DNA of 64,000 nt from an uncultured Candidatus Saccharibacteria bacterium (GTDB taxonomy: Bacteria; Patescibacteriota; Minisyncoccia; Phycocordibacterales; Phycocordibacteraceae). Numbering within the stretch: position 1 is the first letter of the stretch; each line of letters begins with the position of its first letter. Under the pieces are notes generated by a model that saw only the letters and a list, made by a program, of their open reading frames with translations, searched no databases and was not told the DNA's origin. Shown piece after piece: positions 28,686-38,171 of this stretch. Location: positions 7,717-71,716 of the forward strand of contig CAYXYP010000004.1 of the NCBI GenBank assembly GCA_964469405.1, given 5' to 3'. The translations under genes were made by a program, and so were the position numbers.

Positions 28686-30443
28686 ATGATAACTATCGCG
28701 TCCATAGTTATCGCATGTGCCGCCGTTGCAGTAAGTGTGTATCTCGGAATCAAAGATTACAAAGCAAAAGGAATACTCGAGAAGAGGGAGAAGGATGTGA
28801 GTCGTAGGATGTATGAGCTCGCTATTCTTAAAGAGCTCGGTGACCGCATCGGTTATTCGCTGGACGTCCAGCAAATAATCGACATCATCACGAATTCCCT
28901 ACATCAATTCATAGAATATTCGGCCGTCTCCTACATGTTGCTCGAACCGGAGAAGGTCATATTTAAGATGCATTTGGAAAATTCTGTGCATCGAAGGTTC
29001 GTAAACGACGTGCGGGATAGAATGCTCGGTTCGCTTGGAGCTCTGCTCGATCGAGAATTTGATAAGAAAAATGTAGAGGAAATCCTTTCGGGGGCGATCA
29101 TCATCGAAGAATTGGAAGAGCCGGTGCGATCATTCTTCAACATTCCTTTGGTTATCGACGAAAAAGTAGTCGGCGTATTGACGGTCGCTGATACGAAAGA
29201 GGGTTTGTACAAGGAAGAAGAAATGACCATCTTGTACAAGATTATTCAGCAAGCATCGAAGGCGGTGACGAGTCTACAGGGAGTCGTAAAGACGGAACAG
29301 GAAAAGGTGAATGCGATGGTCGAGAGTATGGAGGATGGTGTCGTGATGACTGACGCTGATTATCGCATTTTGGTCATTAATCCCGCAGCGAAACGGGTCA
29401 TTGGGCAGGAAAAGAAGACAGACATAACAATCTTCGATTTCATAGATAATCTGGGTGGGAAAATGGATATCCGTGGACGACTTGAGGAAAGCGTGAAGCT
29501 GAAGAAGACCTATGCGTCAGAGCGATTTCAAATGAGAGAAAAATTTTACCAATCGTTTGTTTTTCCGGTGAAAACCATGTCAGTCTTGAACGAGGGCGAT
29601 GTGCTTGGTGGCGTTGTCATTTTCCATGACGTGACGCGTGAAGTAGAGCTGGAGCGTGTGCGGGACGACTTCACGTCAATGATCGTCCACGAGCTGCGAA
29701 CGCCGCTCAGTGGCATTCAGAAGGCGAGCGAACTCTTACAAACGCCTACCAAGAAGAAAAAAGTGGCAACAAAGCAATACGTCGACATCATTTATCAGAA
29801 TTCTTCCTCAATGCTGGATCTTGTAAATGATATTTTGGATGCTGCGAAATTGCAGGCCGGCAAATTTGAAATCAATCGTGAATCGGCAAATATTACGGAC
29901 GTTATAGAGAACAGAGTTTCTTTCTTTAATATATCGGCGGCTGAAAAGAAGATTCGTTTCGTGGTAGCGGTGAGCGATGATGTACCAAAAGATGTCCATT
30001 TTGATATTCAGAGAATTAAGCAAGTTCTTAATAATCTTATCTCGAATGCCCTTAAGTTTACTGCTGCAGGAGGTTCGGTTTCGGTCGTCGCCTTTATGCA
30101 TGAAGTAGGTATATCGGTAAATATGGAAATAGATAAAATGGGCGTATCGTTGCCAGAACCTCTTTCGGAAGAACAGTTTGTGACCTTACCGAAATCGCTT
30201 GTCGTCGCGGTTGTTGACACTGGTGTGGGAATTTCGGCTGCAAATATCCCAGTTCTTTTCAGTAAGTTCAAACAACTTGATAACAAAGCAATCGTTCCGA
30301 GCATTAGGGGGACCGGATTGGGACTTGCAATTGCCCGGGGTATACTAGAGGGGCATGGTGGGGTTGTGGGCGTCGTGTCCAAGATGGATGCGGGAAGTGC
30401 GTTTTATTTCGCGCTACCGCTCACGAAACAAGAGCTACAATAA
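28686..30443 (+). CDS. Histidine kinase (TM-GAF-PAS-HisKA-HATPase)
   Basis: SFFNIPL..VVGVL (GAF), DGVVMTD..INPAA (PAS), HELRTPL, NLISNALKF, GTGLGL. Confidence 0.92.
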   Translation: MITIASIVIACAAVAVSVYLGIKDYKAKGILEKREKDVSRRMYELAILKELGDRIGYSLDVQQIIDIITNSLHQFIEYSAVSYMLLEPEKVIFKMHLENSVHRRFVNDVRDRMLGSLGALLDREFDKKNVEEILSGAIIIEELEEPVRSFFNIPLVIDEKVVGVLTVADTKEGLYKEEEMTILYKIIQQASKAVTSLQGVVKTEQEKVNAMVESMEDGVVMTDADYRILVINPAAKRVIGQEKKTDITIFDFIDNLGGKMDIRGRLEESVKLKKTYASERFQMREKFYQSFVFPVKTMSVLNEGDVLGGVVIFHDVTREVELERVRDDFTSMIVHELRTPLSGIQKASELLQTPTKKKKVATKQYVDIIYQNSSSMLDLVNDILDAAKLQAGKFEINRESANITDVIENRVSFFNISAAEKKIRFVVAVSDDVPKDVHFDIQRIKQVLNNLISNALKFTAAGGSVSVVAFMHEVGISVNMEIDKMGVSLPEPLSEEQFVTLPKSLVVAVVDTGVGISAANIPVLFSKFKQLDNKAIVPSIRGTGLGLAIARGILEGHGGVVGVVSKMDAGSAFYFALPLTKQELQ

Positions 30444-30457
30444 TATATACATACCAT

Positions 30458-30826
30458 ATGAAGAATATACTGGTGATAGATGATGATATGACTTTTGTGG
30501 CGATGATGAAGGCATCGCTTGATCCAATAGAATATTCGGTTACCTCTGCGGGGAATGGCATAGAGGGCCTGGAAGCCATGGAAGAATCTGTACCCAATCT
30601 CATATTGCTCGATATCATGATGCCGAAAATGGGTGGTATCGAGTTTCTCAAAAAAGTGAATGAAAAATACGGTGAGGGGAATATTCCCGTTCTCATTACT
30701 TCAAATGTTTCGTCCCTGGATAAGATTAGTGAGGGAATATCGCTGGGCGTTCGCGGGTATTTTGTAAAATCTGACGAGTCATTGGAGGGGATCGGTAAAA
30801 TAATCAGCGACGTGTTCAAGAAATAG
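30458..30826 (+). CDS. Single-domain response regulator
   Basis: LVIDDD, LLDIMMPKMGG, ITS, FVK. Confidence 0.93.
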   Translation: MKNILVIDDDMTFVAMMKASLDPIEYSVTSAGNGIEGLEAMEESVPNLILLDIMMPKMGGIEFLKKVNEKYGEGNIPVLITSNVSSLDKISEGISLGVRGYFVKSDESLEGIGKIISDVFKK

Positions 30827-30883
30827 CCATTCAATAGCTAGGTTTTTATAAACAAGAATCGTTGATTGGGAGATTTGCAATCT

Positions 30884-31624
30884 CTAGGCTGCAAGTCCGA
30901 TTTTTGATAGGAATGTCGTAAGCTCTTCTCCTTCGATTGCTCGCCATGCTCCCGGTTTAAGGTTTTCGAGCCGGATGTTTAGTATGCGCGTGCGCTCCAA
31001 GTCGACGACGGTGTTATGCATTGCCGAGACCATTCGGCGTATCTGATGCTTCTTGCCCTCGGTGAGCGTAATGTTGAAGCTCTTTGGGCCAGTTTTTCGT
31101 ACGGTACAGTGTTTCGTCAGGTACCCCTCAATATCGACACCCGCCTCCATGGTTTTCTTAAAACTATCACGGATTGAATCCTGCGTTCGTACGCGGTATT
31201 CCTTGTCGTGGTCGTACTCCGGATTTAGGAGTCTGTCGGTCACGCGGCCGTCGTTTGTGAGAATGATCAGGCCGCTCGAATCCTTGTCGAGCCTTCCTAT
31301 GGGGAAAACGTCTTGCATTTCTGTCGCTGTCTCTACACTTTGCTTGATATCCTTTTCGCCGAGTTGTGGCGAGTGGGTGATGACACCAACGGGCTTGTTG
31401 TAAGCGAAATACAGGTATTTTTTCGGAGAGCGTTTGCCGCGCAACTCGACTTTGTCTCCCTCGTTGACTTTATCGCCTAACACGGCGACTTTACCATTGA
31501 GAAGTATTTTCCCTTGGATTATGAGCTCGTCCGCTCCACGGCGGGTGGAGGTACCCTGTTTCGCAAGGTATTTATTGATGCGCATCGGATACTCATCCGA
31601 GACCTTTTGTGGCGTTTTTGGCAT
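30884..31624 (-). CDS. S4-domain rRNA pseudouridine synthase (RsuA/RluB/RluF family)
   Basis: RINKYLA..TRRGAD, NKPVG, GRLDKDSSG, TEGKKHQIRRM. Confidence 0.92.
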   Translation of the reverse strand: MPKTPQKVSDEYPMRINKYLAKQGTSTRRGADELIIQGKILLNGKVAVLGDKVNEGDKVELRGKRSPKKYLYFAYNKPVGVITHSPQLGEKDIKQSVETATEMQDVFPIGRLDKDSSGLIILTNDGRVTDRLLNPEYDHDKEYRVRTQDSIRDSFKKTMEAGVDIEGYLTKHCTVRKTGPKSFNITLTEGKKHQIRRMVSAMHNTVVDLERTRILNIRLENLKPGAWRAIEGEELTTFLSKIGLAA

Positions 31625-31672
31625 GAAGGCACTATACACGATTTTTTCGATAGATTATTTATCCAACAAAAG

Positions 31673-31707
31673 AAATAGCCCCTGCGCACAAGGCGCAGGG
31701 GCTATTT
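31673..31707 (-). terminator. Intrinsic terminator after the M23 gene
   Basis: aaatagcccctgcgc-N5-gcgcaggggctattt with a T-rich tail on the minus strand. Confidence 0.8.
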
Positions 31708-31735
31708 GAAAGAACTGTGGTGAGATCTGCCGCTA

Positions 31736-32398
31736 TTATGGCTGGCAGGTGGTTACAGGATAGTGCATATTGAAGCCTGGACGAAGCGGATCAGATACCC
31801 ATGCCCAATCGTACCAATAGTCCCACGTCTGCGTACTTGCTGTACCACCGAAAGGATCATAGCTCATACTTGTACCCGAGAGATCATTTATGCGGAGTTC
31901 AAAATGTAGGTGCGCTCCACTAGAGCTTCCTGAATTACCGGAAACACCGACCGTTTTCCCTCCCGGACCGCTTATGCAAGTGATCGATCCGCTGAATACG
32001 GATACCGAACTTAGGTGAGCGTAGATACTTACCATGTTGTCTGCATGCTTGATGGCAACAAATCTGCCGAAGCCTGATCCACACGGATTGCCGAGGTAGC
32101 CGCCGTTCGGGGCACAGACATTGTTTGTTGAGTACACCGTTCCTCTCGCCGAAGCGTATACGGTGGTACCGTAAGGAGCAGCGAAATCAGTTCCACGATG
32201 TCCGTCGTAGTAGAACGAGCCGGATGGAATAGTGATGTTGTCGTACCGAACATCAACACCTGTTGTCGCCGAAGCATCCTTCCAAGCGTTGATGTTGTAT
32301 GGCACGTACGCAAGCGGCAATCTATGAAGGGTTGCTGCTTGAGCCGTATCAATGCCTATCAGTGCAAAGAGTATCGCTGCACATATTGCATGAAGCAT
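31736..32398 (-). CDS. Secreted M23 family peptidase
   Basis: Signal peptide; HRGTD (HxxxD), YAHL, GNSGSSSGAHLHFE; AAGGAG SD before ATG 32398. Confidence 0.88.
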   Translation of the reverse strand: MLHAICAAILFALIGIDTAQAATLHRLPLAYVPYNINAWKDASATTGVDVRYDNITIPSGSFYYDGHRGTDFAAPYGTTVYASARGTVYSTNNVCAPNGGYLGNPCGSGFGRFVAIKHADNMVSIYAHLSSVSVFSGSITCISGPGGKTVGVSGNSGSSSGAHLHFELRINDLSGTSMSYDPFGGTASTQTWDYWYDWAWVSDPLRPGFNMHYPVTTCQP

Positions 32399-32427
32399 TT
32401 GGTCTCTCCTTTTTTGGGTTGTGAATT

Positions 32428-33507
32428 TCAACGAGCGGTGAGCACACTCCAAATCTTGCTAGAAACACTCTCATCGCTTGAACGCGCGAGAAGCGTATTG
32501 CCGGTACCAACTCGAAGCACATCGATTACTTTGGGGAAAGTTTGGACACTGCCCGTTTGAGTGTTAACGACCCACGTAGTGTCCTCAGCGGACAGCGCCA
32601 AAAGACGTGAGCCGGAGAGGTATTCTACGCGAGTGTAATCCATGTATGGAAGCTTCTGTATTCCCGTCGTGACAAGCTGCGGTACAGCCCCTTCCGAAAC
32701 CAAGAGTGAATACAAATCAACACGATTCTGGTTGGATGGATCACTATTCTGCAAAGCGGCTGTATTAATAGCCGCGAAATAGAGAACGTTACCATCTTCA
32801 GAGAAAGCGAGTGGTATGTATTCAGCACCGTCTGGCTTGTATGTCATCAACGTCTTGCCCGAAGCAATGGCGATGATGCTGATGCCACCAGCATCCCCGA
32901 TGCTATAGGGGATTGCATTTAAGAAGGCGAGTCTGGTTCCATCGGGAGAGAATATGGCATAGGTTGCTTTTCCCAAGACGGCGCGTTCCTCGCCTTTCAG
33001 ATCGATGATGCGAAGCATTCCGTTCTCATCGGTTGCGGTGATATAGGAACCTCCTGGGGAAAGCTTCACATAGCCTCCTCCAGTATATACACGAGTCACT
33101 TTACCGCTCGCATCGCCAAGCCATGTTGTGACGTTTGCCACGCTTTCCCGGTTTGTACCCTCTATCGTTTGGTAGAGATATTCTCCAGTCTGACGGTTCA
33201 CGTCTGCGAGACGATAGACATTGTCCGCGATGATCCGTCGCGAAACTTCCGTAGTCGTTGTCGCTCCTTCCATTGGCTTCTTCACATGCGATAGAAAAAG
33301 CGTACCTTCTCGAAAGAATGGAATGGCAATGGTTGGTGCACCCTGATCATACGTGGACAAAGCGATAGACTCTGGAGGAATCGCTTGAGCCCATCCATGC
33401 GTAGACATGGCTAGCCATATGGTGAAAGAAAGTACCACCACACTCGCAAGAACGAGTGTGGAGAATACCTTCTTCCGCTTCTGTTGAGGGCATTGTTGCA
33501 TATTCAT
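32428..33507 (-). CDS. Membrane-anchored/secreted TolB/WD40-like beta-propeller protein
   Basis: N-terminal TM; LSPGG, FSPDG and FSEDG blade motifs; AAGGAG SD before ATG 33507. Confidence 0.7.
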   Translation of the reverse strand: MNMQQCPQQKRKKVFSTLVLASVVVLSFTIWLAMSTHGWAQAIPPESIALSTYDQGAPTIAIPFFREGTLFLSHVKKPMEGATTTTEVSRRIIADNVYRLADVNRQTGEYLYQTIEGTNRESVANVTTWLGDASGKVTRVYTGGGYVKLSPGGSYITATDENGMLRIIDLKGEERAVLGKATYAIFSPDGTRLAFLNAIPYSIGDAGGISIIAIASGKTLMTYKPDGAEYIPLAFSEDGNVLYFAAINTAALQNSDPSNQNRVDLYSLLVSEGAVPQLVTTGIQKLPYMDYTRVEYLSGSRLLALSAEDTTWVVNTQTGSVQTFPKVIDVLRVGTGNTLLARSSDESVSSKIWSVLTAR

Positions 33508-33606
33508 TCGATGACTCCTTGTTTTTTGGTGAGGGATGATTCTAAACACTTGTGTACTGATACACGCAATCCTACATGATGATCTCCTTTTCTGTTAAAG
33601 AACAAT

Positions 33607-33656
33607 TTGCGCAACTATTGCGCAACTATTGCGCAACTATTGCGCAACTATTGCGC
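33607..33656. repeat. 4.5 x 11-bp tandem repeat (ttgcgcaacta) with palindromic TTGCGCAA core
   Basis: Read directly, in the divergent intergenic region. Confidence 0.95.
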
Positions 33657-33757
33657 GACATTAGCTACGATGTAGCCGCCGTGCGGCGTATCACATACGA
33701 TGCATCGAATCGCAGGCTCTGTTTTTCATTTCATAAGAAATGAGTTAGGGTGGATGT

Positions 33758-35302
33758 ATGGCTCGCGAAGAAAGCGTCATACGCTTTGAAGAAGTTACGT
33801 TTGAATACGGGCACAACAAACCAATCCTTGATGAGGTGGATTTTGCGTTACGCCGGGGGATGAAGATGGCGGTAATGGGCCAGAACGGTGCAGGGAAGTC
33901 GACACTATTCGCTCTGATGACTGGCGAACTTACACCAGAGTCAGGAGAGGTACATATGTCGCATGGCATGAGGGTAGCGACCGCGGCGCAAGTAATTCCG
34001 CGCGACCGCCTTGAACTCACTGTGCGTGAATTCTTCCAGAAATGCTTTACAGAGCCGATATATGACATCGACCCCCGTATCGACGAGGTACTGGAGGTCG
34101 TGAACTTAGAACACCATCAGAAGCTTCATGATCGTATCGTGAAGAGCTTCTCGGGCGGTCAGCAGGCGCGACTCCTCCTTGCCTCGGCGCTTATCCAGAA
34201 CCCCGACCTACTTCTCCTCGATGAGCCGACGAACAACCTTGATACGGCAGGCATTGAGCATCTCACGAAGTTTCTCGTCGAGTATCCGAAGACGGTCGTC
34301 GTCATCTCGCACGATGCTGATTTCTTGAATGCATTCACAACTGGCGTCCTCTATCTGGATATCTTCACGCGCAAAATCGAACAGTATCCGGGGAATTATC
34401 ATGATGTGCAGCGCGATATATTAATGCGTATCGAAAAAGAGAATCGTAAGAATGCCCAGCTCGAAAAAAAGATTCAGGAGAACAAAGATAAAGCCAACTT
34501 CTTCGCGCAGAAAGGAGGGAAGATGCGTCTCGTGGCAAAGAAGATGCGCACAGAAGTCGAAGAGATGGAGGAGGCGAAGGTGGATGTACGCAAAGAGGAT
34601 CGGACCATCCGGCCGTTCACGATTCCCGCACAAGATAATCTCGGTGGTACGGTGCTTACGCTCACGTCCTATACGGTTTTGAAGGGGAGGAAGCCGGTGA
34701 TAAAGAAAGCGAACATCTCTCTCCGGAAGAATCAACATCTACTCCTTCGCGGCCCAAATGGTATTGGGAAAAGCACGTTACTCGAGGCTATCGCACGAGG
34801 TGTCGCTGACGATTTTTTCGTTGGTAATCCGACGAGCAAAAATCGCGTCGGGAATGAGCACATTTCCGACGCCTCTCAGTCTCGAGGAAAAGTTACGTTG
34901 ACTGCTGCATCTGGGCTAAAGGTCGGTTACTACCGGCAAGATTTCTCCACGCTAGATTTTGAGCAGACTGTTTATAAGGCGCTCGAACATGCGATGGGCA
35001 AGCCAGACGAGGAGCGGTTACGCGCGACCGCTGCCGGATTTCTTCTCAGTGCAGATGTCATGCAAACAAAGATCGGGAATCTTTCTGAAGGGCAGAAGGG
35101 TCTCGTTGCTTTTGCTTCACTCGTGCTTGAGCGCCCAGGGCTTCTCATTCTCGATGAGCCGACGAATCATATAAACTTCCGTCACTTGCCCGTCATCGCG
35201 AAAGCACTCGACGCGTACGCAGGTACGATGATTCTCGTTTCCCACGTACCGGAATTTGTTACTCAAATCCGCATAGACGAAATCCTTGATCTTGAGAAAT
35301 GA
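33758..35302 (+). CDS. ABC-F family ATPase
   Basis: Two ABC domains (GQNGAGKS/FSGGQ/LDEPTN and GPNGIGKS/LSEGQ/LDEPTN), coiled linker, no TM. Confidence 0.92.
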   Translation: MAREESVIRFEEVTFEYGHNKPILDEVDFALRRGMKMAVMGQNGAGKSTLFALMTGELTPESGEVHMSHGMRVATAAQVIPRDRLELTVREFFQKCFTEPIYDIDPRIDEVLEVVNLEHHQKLHDRIVKSFSGGQQARLLLASALIQNPDLLLLDEPTNNLDTAGIEHLTKFLVEYPKTVVVISHDADFLNAFTTGVLYLDIFTRKIEQYPGNYHDVQRDILMRIEKENRKNAQLEKKIQENKDKANFFAQKGGKMRLVAKKMRTEVEEMEEAKVDVRKEDRTIRPFTIPAQDNLGGTVLTLTSYTVLKGRKPVIKKANISLRKNQHLLLRGPNGIGKSTLLEAIARGVADDFFVGNPTSKNRVGNEHISDASQSRGKVTLTAASGLKVGYYRQDFSTLDFEQTVYKALEHAMGKPDEERLRATAAGFLLSADVMQTKIGNLSEGQKGLVAFASLVLERPGLLILDEPTNHINFRHLPVIAKALDAYAGTMILVSHVPEFVTQIRIDEILDLEK

Positions 35303-36162
35303 ATATTTCACGCTCGCTCTCGGCCACCTTCAAAGCGAAAGATACGCTTGAAGGCGCAGGAGTGCATCTGAAGCGCGGGTTCTCAAATATCGAAGCGTCA
35401 CGCTTTGACCCGTTTCTCTTGTTTGATGATTTCAGTTCGAATATTCCGGAGCATTACCGCGCCGGATTCCCGTGGCATCCGCATCGTGGTATGGAGACGG
35501 TCACGTATATCCTCGACGGTGCAGTACGGCATAAAGACAGTCTAGGGAATGAAGGGGTGATTGAGAGTGGTGCCATTCAGTGGATGACCGCAGGTAGTGG
35601 AATCATTCATGAAGAGATGCCTGAGAGCGCGAATGGTATTCGAGGCTTTCAATTATGGGTGAATCTACCGAAGAGAAATAAGATGACGCCGCCTCGGTAT
35701 CAAGATCTCAAAGGGGCGACGGTCCCAGTGGTTGATCTCGGCTCACATGCGCGAGTGCGCGTCATTTCGGGGGAGATTTCTGGCATAGCCGGCCCGCTCA
35801 AATCGATTGCCGGAAATCCGCTGTATGCGGACATAACTCTTTTGCCGAACGGGATAGTTTCAGTTCCTGTGCCTTCAGGAGACACAGTTTTCGCCTATGT
35901 AGTCGAAGGAGCACTTGGTGTGGACGAAATCGAACCGACGTACTTTGCGCCGGGAACCATTCTACTTTTCGAGCGTCAAGGCGACGTCGTCAGTTTGCGT
36001 GCGCCCGTTATGGGCGCACGATTCCTTCTCATATCCGGCGCTCCGCTTAATGAGCCGATCGCCTGGCATGGTCCCATCGTAATGAATACAGACGAAGAGT
36101 TGCGCACGGCATTTCGAGAATTGAATGAAGGTAGTTTTCTTCGAAGAGATACTTTCCAATAA
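35299..36162 (+). CDS. Pirin family protein
   Basis: DPFLL, GFPWHPHRGMETVTY, WMTAGSGIIHEE, QLWVNLP, GPIVMNT. Confidence 0.95.
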   Translation: MNISRSLSATFKAKDTLEGAGVHLKRGFSNIEASRFDPFLLFDDFSSNIPEHYRAGFPWHPHRGMETVTYILDGAVRHKDSLGNEGVIESGAIQWMTAGSGIIHEEMPESANGIRGFQLWVNLPKRNKMTPPRYQDLKGATVPVVDLGSHARVRVISGEISGIAGPLKSIAGNPLYADITLLPNGIVSVPVPSGDTVFAYVVEGALGVDEIEPTYFAPGTILLFERQGDVVSLRAPVMGARFLLISGAPLNEPIAWHGPIVMNTDEELRTAFRELNEGSFLRRDTFQ

Positions 36163-36242
36163 GTGTTTTGAGGCGGGAGACTGTTGAAGTAATCATTAGA
36201 TTCTCGTTTTATGCGCCGAGCAGGTATAATGAACTTATTGAT

Positions 36243-37625
36243 ATGAATGATAAGAAGTTTCAAAATGAAGCCGAGCACCTATTTGAAGCGCCCGCGAAAC
36301 TTCTAGAGGAGAGTGTTGTTTTCGTGAAAAAGGAAGAGCGTACTCTAGCAAAAAAGAAACCACTCAAGCTTGCAGAGGAATATTGGGATACTCTCGGCCC
36401 TGGACTTACGACGGGTGCTGCCGATGATGATCCTTCCGGAATAGCCACGTATTCGCAGGCAGGAGCCAAGTACGGTCTGCAGCTTATCTGGCTCTCGCTC
36501 TTCACGTATCCCTTCATGGCTACGGTGCAAGAGATGTGTGCGCGCATCGGTCTCGTTTCGGGTCAGGGGCTCGCAGCGAACATTCGGAATCAATATTCCA
36601 TGAGCGTACTATATGCGGTGACCGCGCTACTCTTTTTTGCGAATGTGTTTAATATCGCTGCCGATCTCGGCGCCATGGCGGCAGCGTCGCGCCTTTTATT
36701 TCCAGGCTTCGGGTTGGAACTGCTTGTTATATTTTTTGCCCTCGTGAGCCTTGCACTCCAAATATTCACCACCTATGCGCACTATGCAAAATATTTGAAG
36801 TATTTAGCGCTCGCCCTGCTCTCGTATGCCGCAGTTGCATTTGCAGTGGGTCTTGATTGGAGCGACGTTCTCTATCACACATTCGTCCCCTCGATAACTT
36901 TTTCTAAGGATCAACTATTCCTCATCTGCGCTATTTTAGGAACCACCATTTCCCCTTATCTTTTCTTCTGGCAGACTTCTCAAGAAGTCGAAGAGAGAAT
37001 ATTGAAAGGCGAGACGACTATTGAGGCGCGCCGAGAACAGGTGAGTAAGCACTCTTTACGCCGTATGCGCACCGATGTATGGAGTGGAATGTTCTTCTCA
37101 AACCTCATCGCGTTCTTCATTTTTGCTGCGTGCGCAGGTACTTTGTATGCGAATGGCATAACAAATATTGCTACGGCAGATCAGGCAGCTCTGGCTCTTA
37201 AACCCTTTGGAGAATTTGCTTTTTTGCTCTTTGCCATTGGTATTGTCGGCACAGGGCTTCTCGCGGTACCGGTTTTAGCGGGTTCAACCGCGTATGCAAT
37301 TAGTGAAAGTTTCGGATGGAAACACGGTCTTCATCTTAAATTAAAACAGGCGTACGCGTTTTACGGAGTCATTATTGTATCGATGGTACTCGGCATTGCA
37401 GCAAATTTTGCGCATCTTGATCCCATACAGGGACTTATTTATGCCGCAGTCGCAAATGGCATCATTGCACCATTCATCCTCTTCTTTGTCGTACGCCTCT
37501 CGAGTAGTCGGAATCTTATGGGAGAATACGCAAACCGACCGCTCGTTTCATTCATCGGGTGGATTACAATCGCTATCATGGCTATTTCGGGCATTGCGGC
37601 CATTACAACTTTGTTTTGGCATTAA
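36243..37625 (+). CDS. NRAMP-family divalent metal transporter
   Basis: GPGLTTGAADDDPSGIATY, GTTISPYLFFWQ; about 11 TMs. Confidence 0.92.
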   Translation: MNDKKFQNEAEHLFEAPAKLLEESVVFVKKEERTLAKKKPLKLAEEYWDTLGPGLTTGAADDDPSGIATYSQAGAKYGLQLIWLSLFTYPFMATVQEMCARIGLVSGQGLAANIRNQYSMSVLYAVTALLFFANVFNIAADLGAMAAASRLLFPGFGLELLVIFFALVSLALQIFTTYAHYAKYLKYLALALLSYAAVAFAVGLDWSDVLYHTFVPSITFSKDQLFLICAILGTTISPYLFFWQTSQEVEERILKGETTIEARREQVSKHSLRRMRTDVWSGMFFSNLIAFFIFAACAGTLYANGITNIATADQAALALKPFGEFAFLLFAIGIVGTGLLAVPVLAGSTAYAISESFGWKHGLHLKLKQAYAFYGVIIVSMVLGIAANFAHLDPIQGLIYAAVANGIIAPFILFFVVRLSSSRNLMGEYANRPLVSFIGWITIAIMAISGIAAITTLFWH

Positions 37626-37800
37626 TCAGTGATGCAGTAATTTCATCTGAACGGGATTGGATTGTCTGAATGGGATGTGTTTGGTAGTGTGTCAATACCG
37701 AGTCGGGCGAATCGCCGTAGTAAGCGTTCCTTGCACGCTTTCCCTCGGCTCGCTCGGAGTACATACGTATACGAAGACGTACACATATGTCTCCTCACTC

Positions 37801-37871
37801 GCCGGTGTAGTTCAATGGTAGAACGAAGGACTCATAAGCCTTAGACAGTGGTTCGATTCCACTCATCGGCA
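37801..37871 (+). tRNA. tRNA with CAT anticodon (elongator Met or Ile2)
   Basis: Cloverleaf with gccggtg/catcggc acceptor, loop ctcataa, TTCGATT; the G1-C72 pair argues against initiator; no CCA encoded. Confidence 0.9.
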
Positions 37872-38097
37872 CACACGACATTTTGGGAAAATTTTGGTAG
37901 GATGGGAAAACGAGCGCTTGCTGAGATAGTCAGGCTTACAGTAGTAAGCCTGAGACAGGCTTCTCACGCGGCGCTCGGAGAAAATACAAGCTCGCTTGTA
38001 TTTTACTCCTCGCTTGCGGGAGCAAGCTTAAGAGAGCATGCTCCCGGCGCGTTCGCTCACATAAGAAAATCTGATACTTTTCTTAGTTTCCTCACTT

Positions 38098-38171
38098 GCG
38101 GGAGTAGCTCAACTGGTTAGAGCGCCGCCCTGTCACGGCGGAGGTTGCGGGTTCAAGTCCCGTCTCTCGCG
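38098..38171 (+). tRNA. tRNA-Asp(GTC)
   Basis: gcgggag/ctctcgc acceptor, ccgcc-ctgtcac-ggcgg anticodon arm, GTTCAAG. Confidence 0.95.

Noticed and set aside
33607-33656. CRISPR array or iterons
   Set aside because: The 11-bp units have no spacers and no cas or rep gene lies nearby.
37919-37970. tRNA-like segment gctgagatagtcagg
   Set aside because: It resembles a tRNA 5' end but has no T-arm or cloverleaf; at most a relic within the hairpin module.
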